Positions 41,650 to 51,400 of a stretch of DNA of 64,000 bases are shown one piece after another (position 1 is the first letter of the stretch; each line of letters opens with the position of its first letter). Under the pieces are notes generated by a model, which did not search any database, was not told the origin of the DNA, and saw nothing but the letters and a program-made list of their open reading frames with translations. The stretch comes from Limisphaerales bacterium. GTDB lineage: Bacteria; Verrucomicrobiota; Verrucomicrobiia; Limisphaerales; JAJOIW01. The stretch spans positions 423,449 through 487,448 of the forward strand of contig CBFHOE010000002.1 in assembly GCA_965657355.1 (NCBI GenBank), written 5' to 3'. A program made the position numbers and the translations under genes.

Positions 41650-43785
41650 ATGGATAAAGAACGTAAAAAACCGGAAGAATTCATTGGGGAGATGACGTCC
41701 TCTCTGGAGGCAGACGAAGAGCTCCAACTCGATGTCTCTCAGGAGCTGCATTCTCACTATGAAGAATCAGTGGCTCATTTTAAAAGTGAAGGCAAATCGG
41801 ATGACGAAAGCCATGAATTAGCTCTAAAAGCTTTTGGAGACCCCAAGCAAGTTGCAGAAGATCTTGCCGATTCCAACAAGAACCGAATGAAGTCGCGCGC
41901 TCTGATTGGTCTTTTTTTGAAAAGAATCCTAACCCCAACAAGTCTAATATTGACAATATTTATCGGATTTCATTACGGGCAGCGTTTTAACCATCTTTTA
42001 GCTTTTGGTTCAATGCAATCAAACCCATCGTTTGAAAAGATTATTTCATCTTTGCCTGAGTCTTCACGTTTTTTACTTTATGGTGATACAAGCCGTCCAA
42101 GGCGATCGGCACAACAACGAGCCATCTGGGAAAAGGACCAGGAGAACAAAGTCTACTTTGCAAACTATGCACGACTTTTGCTTTTGGATTTTAATAACAA
42201 GAGCTTGAAAATATCTTATGATGAATTGGAGAAGGAGTTTCGGCTGGGAGAATCTATAGACCCAGATAATTCATTTTATAATTATCTATTAGCCGCCGTC
42301 TTATTTGATGAGGGTTCCGATATAAAAACCACCAGGAATAAGAAAAAAAACACAAGTCAAACCAAGTTTATCATCAAAGACCAATCACATTTGAATGCCG
42401 CAATAGAGGAACTAAAAAAAGCCAGGAAGAAACCTTTATATCGACGCTACCACGATGACCTCCTAAAGGAGAGGCTCACCTTTTTCCCAGAATCCCAAAA
42501 GTTGGAACATGATATTTCAAAATTCTTCTTCACTTCCAGCACTTTGCTCCCCGAGATAGCTCCTACAAAAAATTTGTTTGCTTCCATACCTCACTATGTC
42601 GAAGCACAAAAACTAAACGGCGAGGAAGCAAGTTCAATACTGGATACCTGGCAAGATTTTGTGAAGAAAGCGACACCTGACGCGTGGTGTTTGATTGATG
42701 TGCTGGTCATAGACGCCATCATTTCCATCTCAGGGGAAAAGGTATCCGAGGTTTACCATACCTTAGGAAAAACAGAAGCTGCAGATAAGACGCGTGAAAT
42801 GGCTAAGAAAGCCAATAAACCAGTTGCAGATTGGAAAAACCAACGGGAGACAGGCGAATCCTATGATTTTCTGACCAAACAAAAAGGAAGTTTTGTGGCG
42901 GGAATGCTTTTGCCAGCGATAGCTGAGCCAATTAAAGAAGAGGATCTCCGGCCAGGACGTATGGTCGAGCGTATTATTGGAGAGCAATTCGTATTAACTC
43001 TAGTCGTCTTAATTTTTGGTATCATGTTAATATTCTCCTTGGCGTATTATATAAAATGCAAAGGAATCGGAGGTAGCAGTACGGCCCCGGTTCTGCTCAT
43101 TCCTAGTGGCCCTATGGCTTTGAAAATTATTACCTTTGGAATCCTTCTTCCAATTGTTTCGTATTATGCTTACACGCGCTGGACAGGAATGAGTAGTTAT
43201 GAGTTCTCGCTTGGATTTGAATGGCCACGAGGGTTGGCAGAACTTCTTTTATTGGCAGTAACTTATCTGTCAGTTTCCACTTATCTAGCAGCGACATCCT
43301 TTACAAAACGCTGTATGACTCTTGGTATCCCAACGGTAAGAATGATAAATCCAATAGTTAGTAGGATGTTTTGGATATGCTTATCTTTAGCTTGGTTAGT
43401 TTGTATCGCAAAAAATAGACTTTTTGGACAAAATCAAGCAATGGTGGTTTTCCTTATTCTTGGAATTCTTCCAGCATTGATTTTTGTTGTTTTAGTATTC
43501 TTAACGACAATAAAAGCATGGAGGTTCCGTCGAACCCATAGTCAATATTTTGGCAGTGTTTCTAGATCTCTTCTGCCAGTCTATGCATGTGCGGTCGTCT
43601 TTCTTGGACTTATATGCCTTCCCTACTCTCAGCAAAAGGAAAGCGATTTCTTAAACCAGGACTCTCTTTTTAATGACTCAGATAACATTTTCATTACGGC
43701 CATCGAAAATAAAGTCACACAAAGGTTAAGAAAATCTATGACCACTGCTTTGTCTGGAAGACCTCAGAACACACAACAAAAATAG
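41650..43785 (+). CDS. PadR-associated multi-TM protein with N-terminal permease-prefix/HAAS domain
   Basis: ELHSHYEE...A..AFGDP..VA N-terminus; large soluble domain and several TM helices. Confidence 0.75.
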   Translation: MDKERKKPEEFIGEMTSSLEADEELQLDVSQELHSHYEESVAHFKSEGKSDDESHELALKAFGDPKQVAEDLADSNKNRMKSRALIGLFLKRILTPTSLILTIFIGFHYGQRFNHLLAFGSMQSNPSFEKIISSLPESSRFLLYGDTSRPRRSAQQRAIWEKDQENKVYFANYARLLLLDFNNKSLKISYDELEKEFRLGESIDPDNSFYNYLLAAVLFDEGSDIKTTRNKKKNTSQTKFIIKDQSHLNAAIEELKKARKKPLYRRYHDDLLKERLTFFPESQKLEHDISKFFFTSSTLLPEIAPTKNLFASIPHYVEAQKLNGEEASSILDTWQDFVKKATPDAWCLIDVLVIDAIISISGEKVSEVYHTLGKTEAADKTREMAKKANKPVADWKNQRETGESYDFLTKQKGSFVAGMLLPAIAEPIKEEDLRPGRMVERIIGEQFVLTLVVLIFGIMLIFSLAYYIKCKGIGGSSTAPVLLIPSGPMALKIITFGILLPIVSYYAYTRWTGMSSYEFSLGFEWPRGLAELLLLAVTYLSVSTYLAATSFTKRCMTLGIPTVRMINPIVSRMFWICLSLAWLVCIAKNRLFGQNQAMVVFLILGILPALIFVVLVFLTTIKAWRFRRTHSQYFGSVSRSLLPVYACAVVFLGLICLPYSQQKESDFLNQDSLFNDSDNIFITAIENKVTQRLRKSMTTALSGRPQNTQQK

Positions 43786-43939
43786 TTTTTGTCTCTCTCT
43801 TGAAACCGGTGAACATTGTGTCTCTAAACTTTTTATTAAAGACGCAGGGAAAAGATTTTCTCATCCCGTAGAGTCCTACCTATTAAATGTGTTGTTTGTG
43901 AGTTCCATCATATTTTTCAAGGCACAATGGAATGATTTT

Positions 43940-44178
43940 AAATCTTTTTCTTATCCCAATAATAAGAACGATTTAGCAGCAAGAGATTGCTCTTGCAAGC
44001 ACTTGGATTTGATAAAGGCATAAGCGCAAGAAAATCTATTTCGCTTTGAGGTCGCGCCATCAGATGCCTTTTTTGCGATGACCTCACAATATTTGCAGAC
44101 ATAGATCAAATTCATCGTGGCCTGGCAATTAGCGAATTGTTTGCGATTTAAGCTCACCCTTCGGGCATTCCAGCTCAA
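43940..44178. ncRNA. Candidate structured non-coding RNA with pseudoknot (unassigned class)
   Basis: At least six helices found by eye, including crossing pairings 44014-21/44064-71 and 44047-57/44075-86; see findings. Confidence 0.55.
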
Positions 44179-44246
44179 TAAAATTACTTTTTTAAAAAAA
44201 TTTTCTTATTTTAAAGATATGAAAACCAGAAAAAACCCTGCAAATT

Positions 44247-44444
44247 AATAGGAATTTCCTTACTTATTTAAGGTAAAACCTTACAAAAACAGGTGGTTTT
44301 CAAATCAATTTGGATAAATTAAATACATTAAGTTAAAAAAATTGCCCAAAAAACGTACAAAAACCGTTGACAGGGGATCCTGTTTCATGGTTTTCTCTTA
44401 CCAGGTAAGGAATTACCTTACTGTTAAGTAGGGATTTTACCATT
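44247..44444. promoter_or_regulatory. Array of GTAAGG-N5-CCTTAC-like palindromes flanking a TTGACA promoter
   Basis: Copies at 44247-63, 44268-84 and 44405-21, with weaker ones at 44385-401 and 44428-44; TTGACA at 44367-72. Confidence 0.6.
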
Positions 44445-44503
44445 GCTATTTTAGGAATTAACGGAAATCAAAATTAGTAAAAACCCTTTTAGGGCCGTAG
44501 AAA

Positions 44504-44650
44504 ATGAACAACACATCAAAAGTTACCAAATTCAACAAGTACTTGACCATCGATACCATCATGTTTGTCAGCGTGGCGTTGTTTTGTTCATTAGCTGCTT
44601 CGGTCTTAATACACGAAATACTGACGATCATACTGGGTGCCCTCACATGA
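44504..44650 (+). CDS. 48-aa single-TM peptide
   Basis: MNNTSKVTKFNKYLTIDTIMFVSVALFCSLAASVLIHEILTIILGALT*; below the ORF-track cutoff; first ORF after the promoter. Confidence 0.5.
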   Translation: MNNTSKVTKFNKYLTIDTIMFVSVALFCSLAASVLIHEILTIILGALT

Positions 44651-44702
44651 TTTAAGGTCATGAAGCCTAGGGATCAAAACTTGAATTCCCACGTTAAGCC
44701 TG

Positions 44703-45464
44703 ATGACAACAAAAAAATACGCATCAATAAAAGTATCACAAGAGAAAATCACGGAACTCGAAACCATAGAAACGAAAGTTAAGGAAATGGACATATCAAG
44801 AATAAATAGCGGTTTTAAAAAAGCATTCGCAGTAGCAGACGCAGCTCAAAATTTACGAAAAGCATTAAACGAAGAAGCTATGCAGCCAATAATGGAAATG
44901 CAGGGTTCGAGCTTAGGATTTCGCACTGATTTTGACAGCATAGGGGGATATGCAGAGGACGTTGTCAAAGAGTCGTTAATTGAAGCGGTAATGATAGGTG
45001 TCCAACCAGCAGGAAATCAGTTCAATATAATTTCAGGTCGCTGCCATATAACGAAGGAGGGTTTTTCATACCTCCTCAAAAATCTACCTGGATTCAGTGA
45101 TTATGAACCTCAGTATGAATTGATGGAAATGCAAGCTGGACGAGCCATTGTCAAATGCTCAGCAACATGGACATTTTATGGTGAGCGCGACTCCATTGAG
45201 TGCGAAATTCAAATAAGGTTGGGCAACAAAAGAGGAATCGATGTCATTATTGGCAAAGCTGCCAGAAAATTAATGGCACGCGTATACGCCCAAGTATCCG
45301 GAACTGAAATCACAGACGGCGAAGCCGAAGCAGCTCAAACAACAATGCCAAAAGTTAACCGTTCAACGAACTACTCTCGTAAGATGACTTTAAAGTCGAA
45401 ACAGACGACTTCATCCGGTGAAAAAAGGTCCACAATTTACTGGCGTGAAATGGCGTGTCAATAG
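44703..45464 (+). CDS. Phage-type protein, probably a RecT/Redbeta-like ssDNA-annealing protein
   Basis: LIEAVMIGVQP.GNQFNIISGRCHITKEG..YLL and GIDVIIGKAARK segments echo the RecT/Bet core pattern. The function is inferred. Confidence 0.5.
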   Translation: MTTKKYASIKVSQEKITELETIETKVKEMDISRINSGFKKAFAVADAAQNLRKALNEEAMQPIMEMQGSSLGFRTDFDSIGGYAEDVVKESLIEAVMIGVQPAGNQFNIISGRCHITKEGFSYLLKNLPGFSDYEPQYELMEMQAGRAIVKCSATWTFYGERDSIECEIQIRLGNKRGIDVIIGKAARKLMARVYAQVSGTEITDGEAEAAQTTMPKVNRSTNYSRKMTLKSKQTTSSGEKRSTIYWREMACQ

Positions 45465-45874
45465 AAGCCGCTGATTAAAACTGGAGTCGAGTAAGATTTA
45501 CAGAGGATGCGATAAAGTTGCCGAGGATATGGTCAATGATACGATCTCAAATTCAGAAGTTATAAGGAGTATTATTTGTTCATGAGTAAGGGTCCTTGGT
45601 CACACAATTGTGGGGTTCAGAAGACAGGAATTATCCCGATTCAGCAGCGTCAATATCTGTAATCATATTCTGAAAATAACAAAACGAAAATCTTACTGTT
45701 TCATCATTCCAAAACGAGATAAATCTGTCATATACCTTTGTTGAGAAGAGAAAATAAAAAGGTAATTCAAAAAATAATGCACTGAGTGGAATCAGAAGGT
45801 TTTAGACACCTCAGTGAAAAAGATGAGCAGGGCAAATCAGATAGCCTATCTACAAATCAAGAGAATAATTTTAT

Positions 45875-45898
45875 AAAGAGGTGAGAACTGCCTCACCT
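45875..45898 (-). terminator. Probable terminator of the minus-strand sialidase-family gene
   Basis: AGGTGAG-N6-CTCACCT hairpin followed on the minus strand by CTTTT. Confidence 0.45.
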
Positions 45899-45913
45899 GA
45901 GTCGAATGGCTGA

Positions 45914-47137
45914 TTAAAAACCAGTGAGGCTCTCAAGCCATTCCATATTAAATCGAGCGACAGCCAAGCTCTGCCTAGAAGTCTTTTCACCTGTTTCATA
46001 GGTCACGAGAAAAGTATCACCAGGCAAATTACATATATCAGAGTATGCGGTGGGACTCGTATCCATTATCGCTAAAACTTTCCAAACATCTCCTTTTTTG
46101 CTCCCAATAGAGAGCGTCAAATTATTGCGCTGTGGCCCTGGCACATGGGAAAGCAACAAGCGCCCATCTTTCAATCGAATAATCCCAGCATGACAAGGGG
46201 CATCTCGCTGACCAGTAAGCTTAGATGCAGAAAATGTGACGCCTCCATCTTTTGAGGTTGCAAACCATCGTTGGGGCTTTTGAGAAAAAGAGGCACGTTG
46301 GTGTAAATAGATGTTTCCATCTGAAAGCTCAACCAATGAAGCCTCCCCAAAATGTTCACCAGTAGTTCCACCAGGAGTCCAGGTAATGCCATGATCATCT
46401 GAAAAGACAACACCATTGGTCTGCCATCTAGAATTGAAACTGGGACTTGGGTCTGAGGGAGGACAATGACATCTCACAGGTATGATTAGTCTTCCCTTGT
46501 ATGGTCCTTGGGTTAGTTGAATGCCTGAATGGACAGGTGACCATTCCTGCCAATGGGGTTTTTTGATTAATTGTTGAGTAATCACTCTAGGTTCAGACCA
46601 AGTGACACCGTCATCTGACGACTCGATGAGAAACCACGCACGCCCTTGGTTTCTTGTTTCTTGTAGGTTTACATAGAAATCTCTTTCCAGTAATAGGCGG
46701 CCATCTGGTTTTCTTAGCGGTGCCCTCGATATGAAAATGAAAATTTTTGAAGACACATGATCGACGACAATTCCAGTTGGTTTGAAGATGCAGTCCTCCA
46801 ACCTGGGAAAATTATCGGGTATCAATCTTGTTGGCTCAGACCAAGTTCCTCCCTCATCTTCGGATCTCATCATCACAGGAAATATCGGTTTCCCCCAGTC
46901 TCCTCCGCTTCTGTCCTGGAGAACAATCAGAGCATTCCCCCGGGGTGTCACAACCATTTTGGGAATAGCCCACGCTCCAGGTTGACCTTTTCTGTCCAAT
47001 ATTATTTGTTTTGAAAATATTGGCTGCCCTATTGATTCTCCGCAGAAACCAAATATGAAAAAAATGAAAAGGCTTCGAGAACATGCTAATAAGGATTGAC
47101 ACAGACTTCTCGGGCTAAGGCAAAAATGGAGATCCAT
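45914..47137 (-). CDS. Sialidase-family (GH33-like) BNR propeller protein
   Basis: Asp-boxes SEDEGGTW, SSDDGVTW, SDDHGITW, SKDGGVTF; GEASLVE, R.NLTL, AYSD. Start is uncertain. Confidence 0.8.
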   Translation of the reverse strand: MDLHFCLSPRSLCQSLLACSRSLFIFFIFGFCGESIGQPIFSKQIILDRKGQPGAWAIPKMVVTPRGNALIVLQDRSGGDWGKPIFPVMMRSEDEGGTWSEPTRLIPDNFPRLEDCIFKPTGIVVDHVSSKIFIFISRAPLRKPDGRLLLERDFYVNLQETRNQGRAWFLIESSDDGVTWSEPRVITQQLIKKPHWQEWSPVHSGIQLTQGPYKGRLIIPVRCHCPPSDPSPSFNSRWQTNGVVFSDDHGITWTPGGTTGEHFGEASLVELSDGNIYLHQRASFSQKPQRWFATSKDGGVTFSASKLTGQRDAPCHAGIIRLKDGRLLLSHVPGPQRNNLTLSIGSKKGDVWKVLAIMDTSPTAYSDICNLPGDTFLVTYETGEKTSRQSLAVARFNMEWLESLTGF

Positions 47138-47250
47138 GAATGGATTTTGCCAACTCATGAATCTGGATGTCAATGGAATGCTCATACAATTCACAGGAAA
47201 AGGTGATTAAAGATTGGATCAAGATTAACCTATCTGAAAAGATGGTCGGT

Positions 47251-48078
47251 ATGAAAACAAAGCTTAGAAAGTTTAATTGCCTCTGTTTGTTTGTCATATG
47301 TTTAAAGGCGATCCTTTTAACCAACAATGAAATAAACGCTCAAAAATTACCCGATCGGGGACCAAAAGATACGGGTAAAGTTTTAGTGTTTTCAGGCACG
47401 GGGTGGTATCGACACCCTGAAACTGCGGCCATCAATGGATGGTTAGCGAGATTGTCCAATGATCTTAAAATGCAAATCGATGTCTCGGAAGATCCGAAAG
47501 ATATTTTAAATATATTAGATAGGTACGACGTGCTCCTATTAAACAACGCGAATGAATTAGTAAAAATACTAGGTGATCGGCACCGCAATAAAGTAGAACA
47601 ATGGTATAAAAATGGAGGTGGGATCGTGGCGATTCATGCGGCACTTGTCAGACAAACCGAATGGAAATGGTTCTATGAGCTAGCAGGATGTGATTTCAAT
47701 AGCGACTCTGAATTCCTTGAAGCTAGAATTGTAGTAGACCCAGCGGCAAAAAATCATCCCTCTGTAAAAGGATTTGGCCCTTCCTTCAAATATAAGGCCG
47801 ACTGGACCAACCACGATAAGTCCGTCACAGGCTTACCTGGATTCCAAGTTCTTCTCAGGGTTGATGAAAGCACATACGACCCCGTTCGGGATTACTTTAA
47901 AACCAGAGGGGGAATACCTATGGGAAAAGATCACCCGATAGCATGGATTAATACCAAAAATGATGGTCGCTTTTTCTACACCGAGCTAGGACATGACGTG
48001 CGTTCACTAGAAACCCCATTTGGGAGAAGGCATATTATCGAAGCCATTAATTGGGCCGCCAGAAAAGATTCAAAATAA
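47251..48078 (+). CDS. ThuA-domain protein (class I GATase-like fold)
   Basis: KVLVFS.TGWYRH, GGGIVAIHAA, VDESTY, MGKDHPIAW, GRFFYTELGH. Confidence 0.85.
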   Translation: MKTKLRKFNCLCLFVICLKAILLTNNEINAQKLPDRGPKDTGKVLVFSGTGWYRHPETAAINGWLARLSNDLKMQIDVSEDPKDILNILDRYDVLLLNNANELVKILGDRHRNKVEQWYKNGGGIVAIHAALVRQTEWKWFYELAGCDFNSDSEFLEARIVVDPAAKNHPSVKGFGPSFKYKADWTNHDKSVTGLPGFQVLLRVDESTYDPVRDYFKTRGGIPMGKDHPIAWINTKNDGRFFYTELGHDVRSLETPFGRRHIIEAINWAARKDSK

Positions 48079-48085
48079 AGATTTA

Positions 48086-48430
48086 TCATCGCGCAAATAT
48101 TTCCCCGGCGACGTGTCCATGGGCAACGCGCAATCGTAAGTGCCCATTCTGAAAAAAGCCATTCAGTTTCTCATGATCAATACCCAGCTGGTGGAGTATG
48201 ATTGCATTAAGGTCGTGAACGGAAACTAATTTATCCACAATATTACAATTAAAATCACCGTCAGTTCCGTATGTTAGACCTGACTTCATCCCTTTCCCTG
48301 TCATCCAAATTGAAGAACAACTTGGATGTTCTATCAGTATTCTCAACACTGCCCGGATAACCGCCTTGGCAGCAAAAAAAGCTGGGGGCCACGACTCAAT
48401 TCATTCCTGAGCCACTAAACACCCCCATCG
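48086..48430 (-). pseudogene. Remnant of a DUF1501-family gene (C-terminus only)
   Basis: HPSCSSIWM.G.GMKSG.TYG...VSVHDL.A.ILHQLGIDHEKL...RL...HGHV matches the DUF1501 C-terminus; the N-terminal part is missing. Confidence 0.75.
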
Positions 48431-48438
48431 ACAGTTAT

Positions 48439-51400
48439 TTACAGCCGCTTTCTTTTGATCACAGCCAACCAATCATTTTTACTACCAGGTGCCTCTAGGT
48501 CAACGGTCTTGCCTCCATTTATCGCAAAGCCTGCAGGCTGGCTTTCGCCGCTCCTGGGATTAAACCAAGTCATAGCAAAACCTCCTTTCGCGAGTGTGAG
48601 ATCCAATGTTCTTTTCCCACCTTCGGGAAGATAAACAAGATAGATGGAATTATATTTAGCAAAACAATAGGCCGAATTATCGTGTTTATTATTCCCAACG
48701 AGTTCGTCCATATTTCTCATTTCTCCAACCGGTAAGCTTTTAAAAAATTCAAGGGCAATACTGCAATATTTCCAGCTCAGGTCTCGGCTTCGCCAATCCT
48801 CGCAAAGAAGATCATTTTGAGGAAGCTTGTAACCGAAGTAATACTCAACCCCACTACCACCAGCCATTAAGGTACCCCAAAGGGCGAACTTACGGGTGTC
48901 ATCAACACTTGGATTATTAAAACCCTCAGGCATTCCAGGGTAACCAGGATCTGCAGGCATACCTTCCCCGGCCGTCCCAGGCTCATCAAAACCAACAACC
49001 CAAGGTTTACCTGCTTTTGTTGACCTGCTTGTCCATTTAACGACCTGGTGATGACAATCTCTAATGTTGCTATTTTGAAGTGATGCACCAGAAAGAACTG
49101 AACCATTGCCTAAGAGCGGGGCATAAACTTTGTCCTGTTGGTTTGGATAGGTATGCACGACAATTATATGGTCGTAAGGGTCGAGATCTTCAATATATCT
49201 CGCCATGGCCCTTTGCTGATCAACAGTTTGGGTGTTTTCTTCCCCCAAATTCCAATTTATTGCCAGGTTATGACTAAATCGTGCGATGAGTTCTCTACAA
49301 TAAAGTTTACGTTCAAGACCCAAATCTCCACCATCCAATGCCGTAGGGACATTCGCTTTGGTCTTTCCACCACGGTTGAGGTCGTCATTCTCTGTTTCTT
49401 GCATTTTAAAATGCAGATACATGCCCTTGCGGGTCCCGTGCTCAAATACAATCCCCCATTGGTCGAGTTTGGAGCAATCGTAGTTTAAAGGGTCATTGCG
49501 TTCAACAAATGGCCACACATTATCTCCATCTCCTCCTGCGTTGTATGTAAGGAATGAAAAAACATTACAACCGGTTGATGACAGATAGTTGATAGCACCT
49601 ATAATTCCCTTCCCTTTGGAACCTTTCCAAGTGGGATCATTTTTTTTCCAATCTTTAATATGTGGCTTCCAAGTTTTTAATGGAACCTTAGTTTTGTTGG
49701 CAACTGTCCCATCAAAGTCTTTGTATCCCAGGAATGTTTCGGGAGCGTCAGCTCCGGCTTTTACGAACCATTCGCCAGATTCTTTATATTGCAGGTGATT
49801 TTTACCAACGTAAGCAAGTCGCCCCTTCCCTCTGAGGTCTCGACCAGATTTGTTTGTTTTTCGGACTATAAAACTCCCCGACCTTTTATCGTATTGAGGC
49901 ACTCGATCTCCAACACCTGTTAAGGCAGCATTTTTTCCTTGGATAAAATGGGTTTGGTAAAACCATTTACCCGGTAAGTCTGGGGCTATAATTGCTCTCC
50001 ATATATTTCCAGATTCTGCGGATGTTTCGCCAGCAGATCCGTCAGCTGCGAAAAATCCAGGCACAGTAAATTCAGAAAATCCATCTTCGTGTTTAAATGT
50101 CACATCAAATCGATAGTCAGTGAATGGGTTCGGCTTGTTGTCTTTTTCATGAGCAAACGGCCCCTTTAAATCCAAAACAATCTTGTGCCAGGTTCTTTTT
50201 TCTCCATGGATACTTATTGCACCTGAACCCGATTCTCCTCTTGAGCCAAATATTTTGCCGACGAAGGAAATCTTTTTTTTATTTTGGCTGGATTTGACAT
50301 TTTTAAAGTCACTTTCAACCAATCTCATGAGTTTTTGGTCATTGGCGGGTTTCACTGATATTTTTGACCAACGGGCTCTACTAAATTCACTACCATCAAG
50401 TGACCCTATTTCTGCTTTGACCTGAATTTTTGATTTTGCATCAATTCTGATATTTTTGAATGTTTTAGAAAATTTCAATCCCTCCTCAAAAATCTCGCTG
50501 CTCAAAGGTGCAATGCAAGTGCCAATGACTTCCCCTTCGTTAATTAGAGTATATTTTGATTGGCCATCATTTTCCCCAACAAAGTGAAGAGTTATGTTAA
50601 AGACTCCAGGATTGAATGGCCATGCACCCATGGATATACTCGACCCATCTTTATTAGGATCCACAGCAACCCATTTGTTTCTATCAATATAGCCCCCATT
50701 TATGTCATGAAAGTCATTGATGCTCATCTCAGATATTTGAGTCGCCTTCTTTAAAGTAGACGCCGGATTACTTTGAGATTTCAGCTGAGAAACTTTTACA
50801 AATTCAAATGGTTTTGGTGTTTTTCCTGATGCTAAAGGGCTTGGTTGAAGCGGTCCGGACGGCATCTCAAAACCCTTATCTGTAGTCATCATAAATTGGT
50901 CGAACTCAAATCCGTCCTCCCGCATTGAAAATTGAATAACATGCTCCCCTGGATTATCTATGTTAAGAAAAAGAATCCCAGCTACCCCAACATGTACTTC
51001 CTCGGTTCTTTGCTTACTTCCCCATGCCCAGTGACGCTTTGCTGTCCATTGCATTCTTTGGCCCGATTCAGGCCACTTACCATCAATTCCAACGTGCACT
51101 CCATTGTCCTCCGTACCAGTTGAGAATATGCGAGCCCAAACATAATACCTACCGGGTGTTTGAAAATTGATTTTATAACTCAGAACAGCCATTTCTCCTG
51201 GCTCGTTGATAAAGTTCTCGCCCTTTATCAATTTCTCACTGTGGTTTTTGCGAGTATCTGGAAGAATTTCCATGTATGCGCCCCCACTAGCACCAGCGAC
51301 ATTATTTTTGTCAGCATCAGGTTGGAGACCCGATTGCATATCTTTTGTCGTGAGATACCAAGCTCTTTTTTCTGTCTTTTCCTGTTTAAAAAAATGTTCC

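Noticed and set aside
44014..44071. Hammerhead ribozyme on the minus strand (AAAGGCAU-CUGAUG...GC-GAAA...UU-AUGCCUUU)
   Set aside because: The core reads CUGAUGG rather than CUGAUGA, stem III does not form properly, and a competing AAGCG/CGCUU helix sequesters the G of GAAA. Not called, though a cleavage test is cheap.
44040..44090. Fluoride riboswitch or HDV-like ribozyme on the plus strand
   Set aside because: UGAGGUC..CGCC...GAUGACCUC resembles the crcB motif, but the 5' GGCGA strand is absent and no fluoride gene follows. The HDV P3/L3 consensus is missing.
43951..44178. 75-aa minus-strand ORF as the missing phage repressor
   Set aside because: TTG start, no HTH pattern, and it coincides with the structured element; probably spurious.
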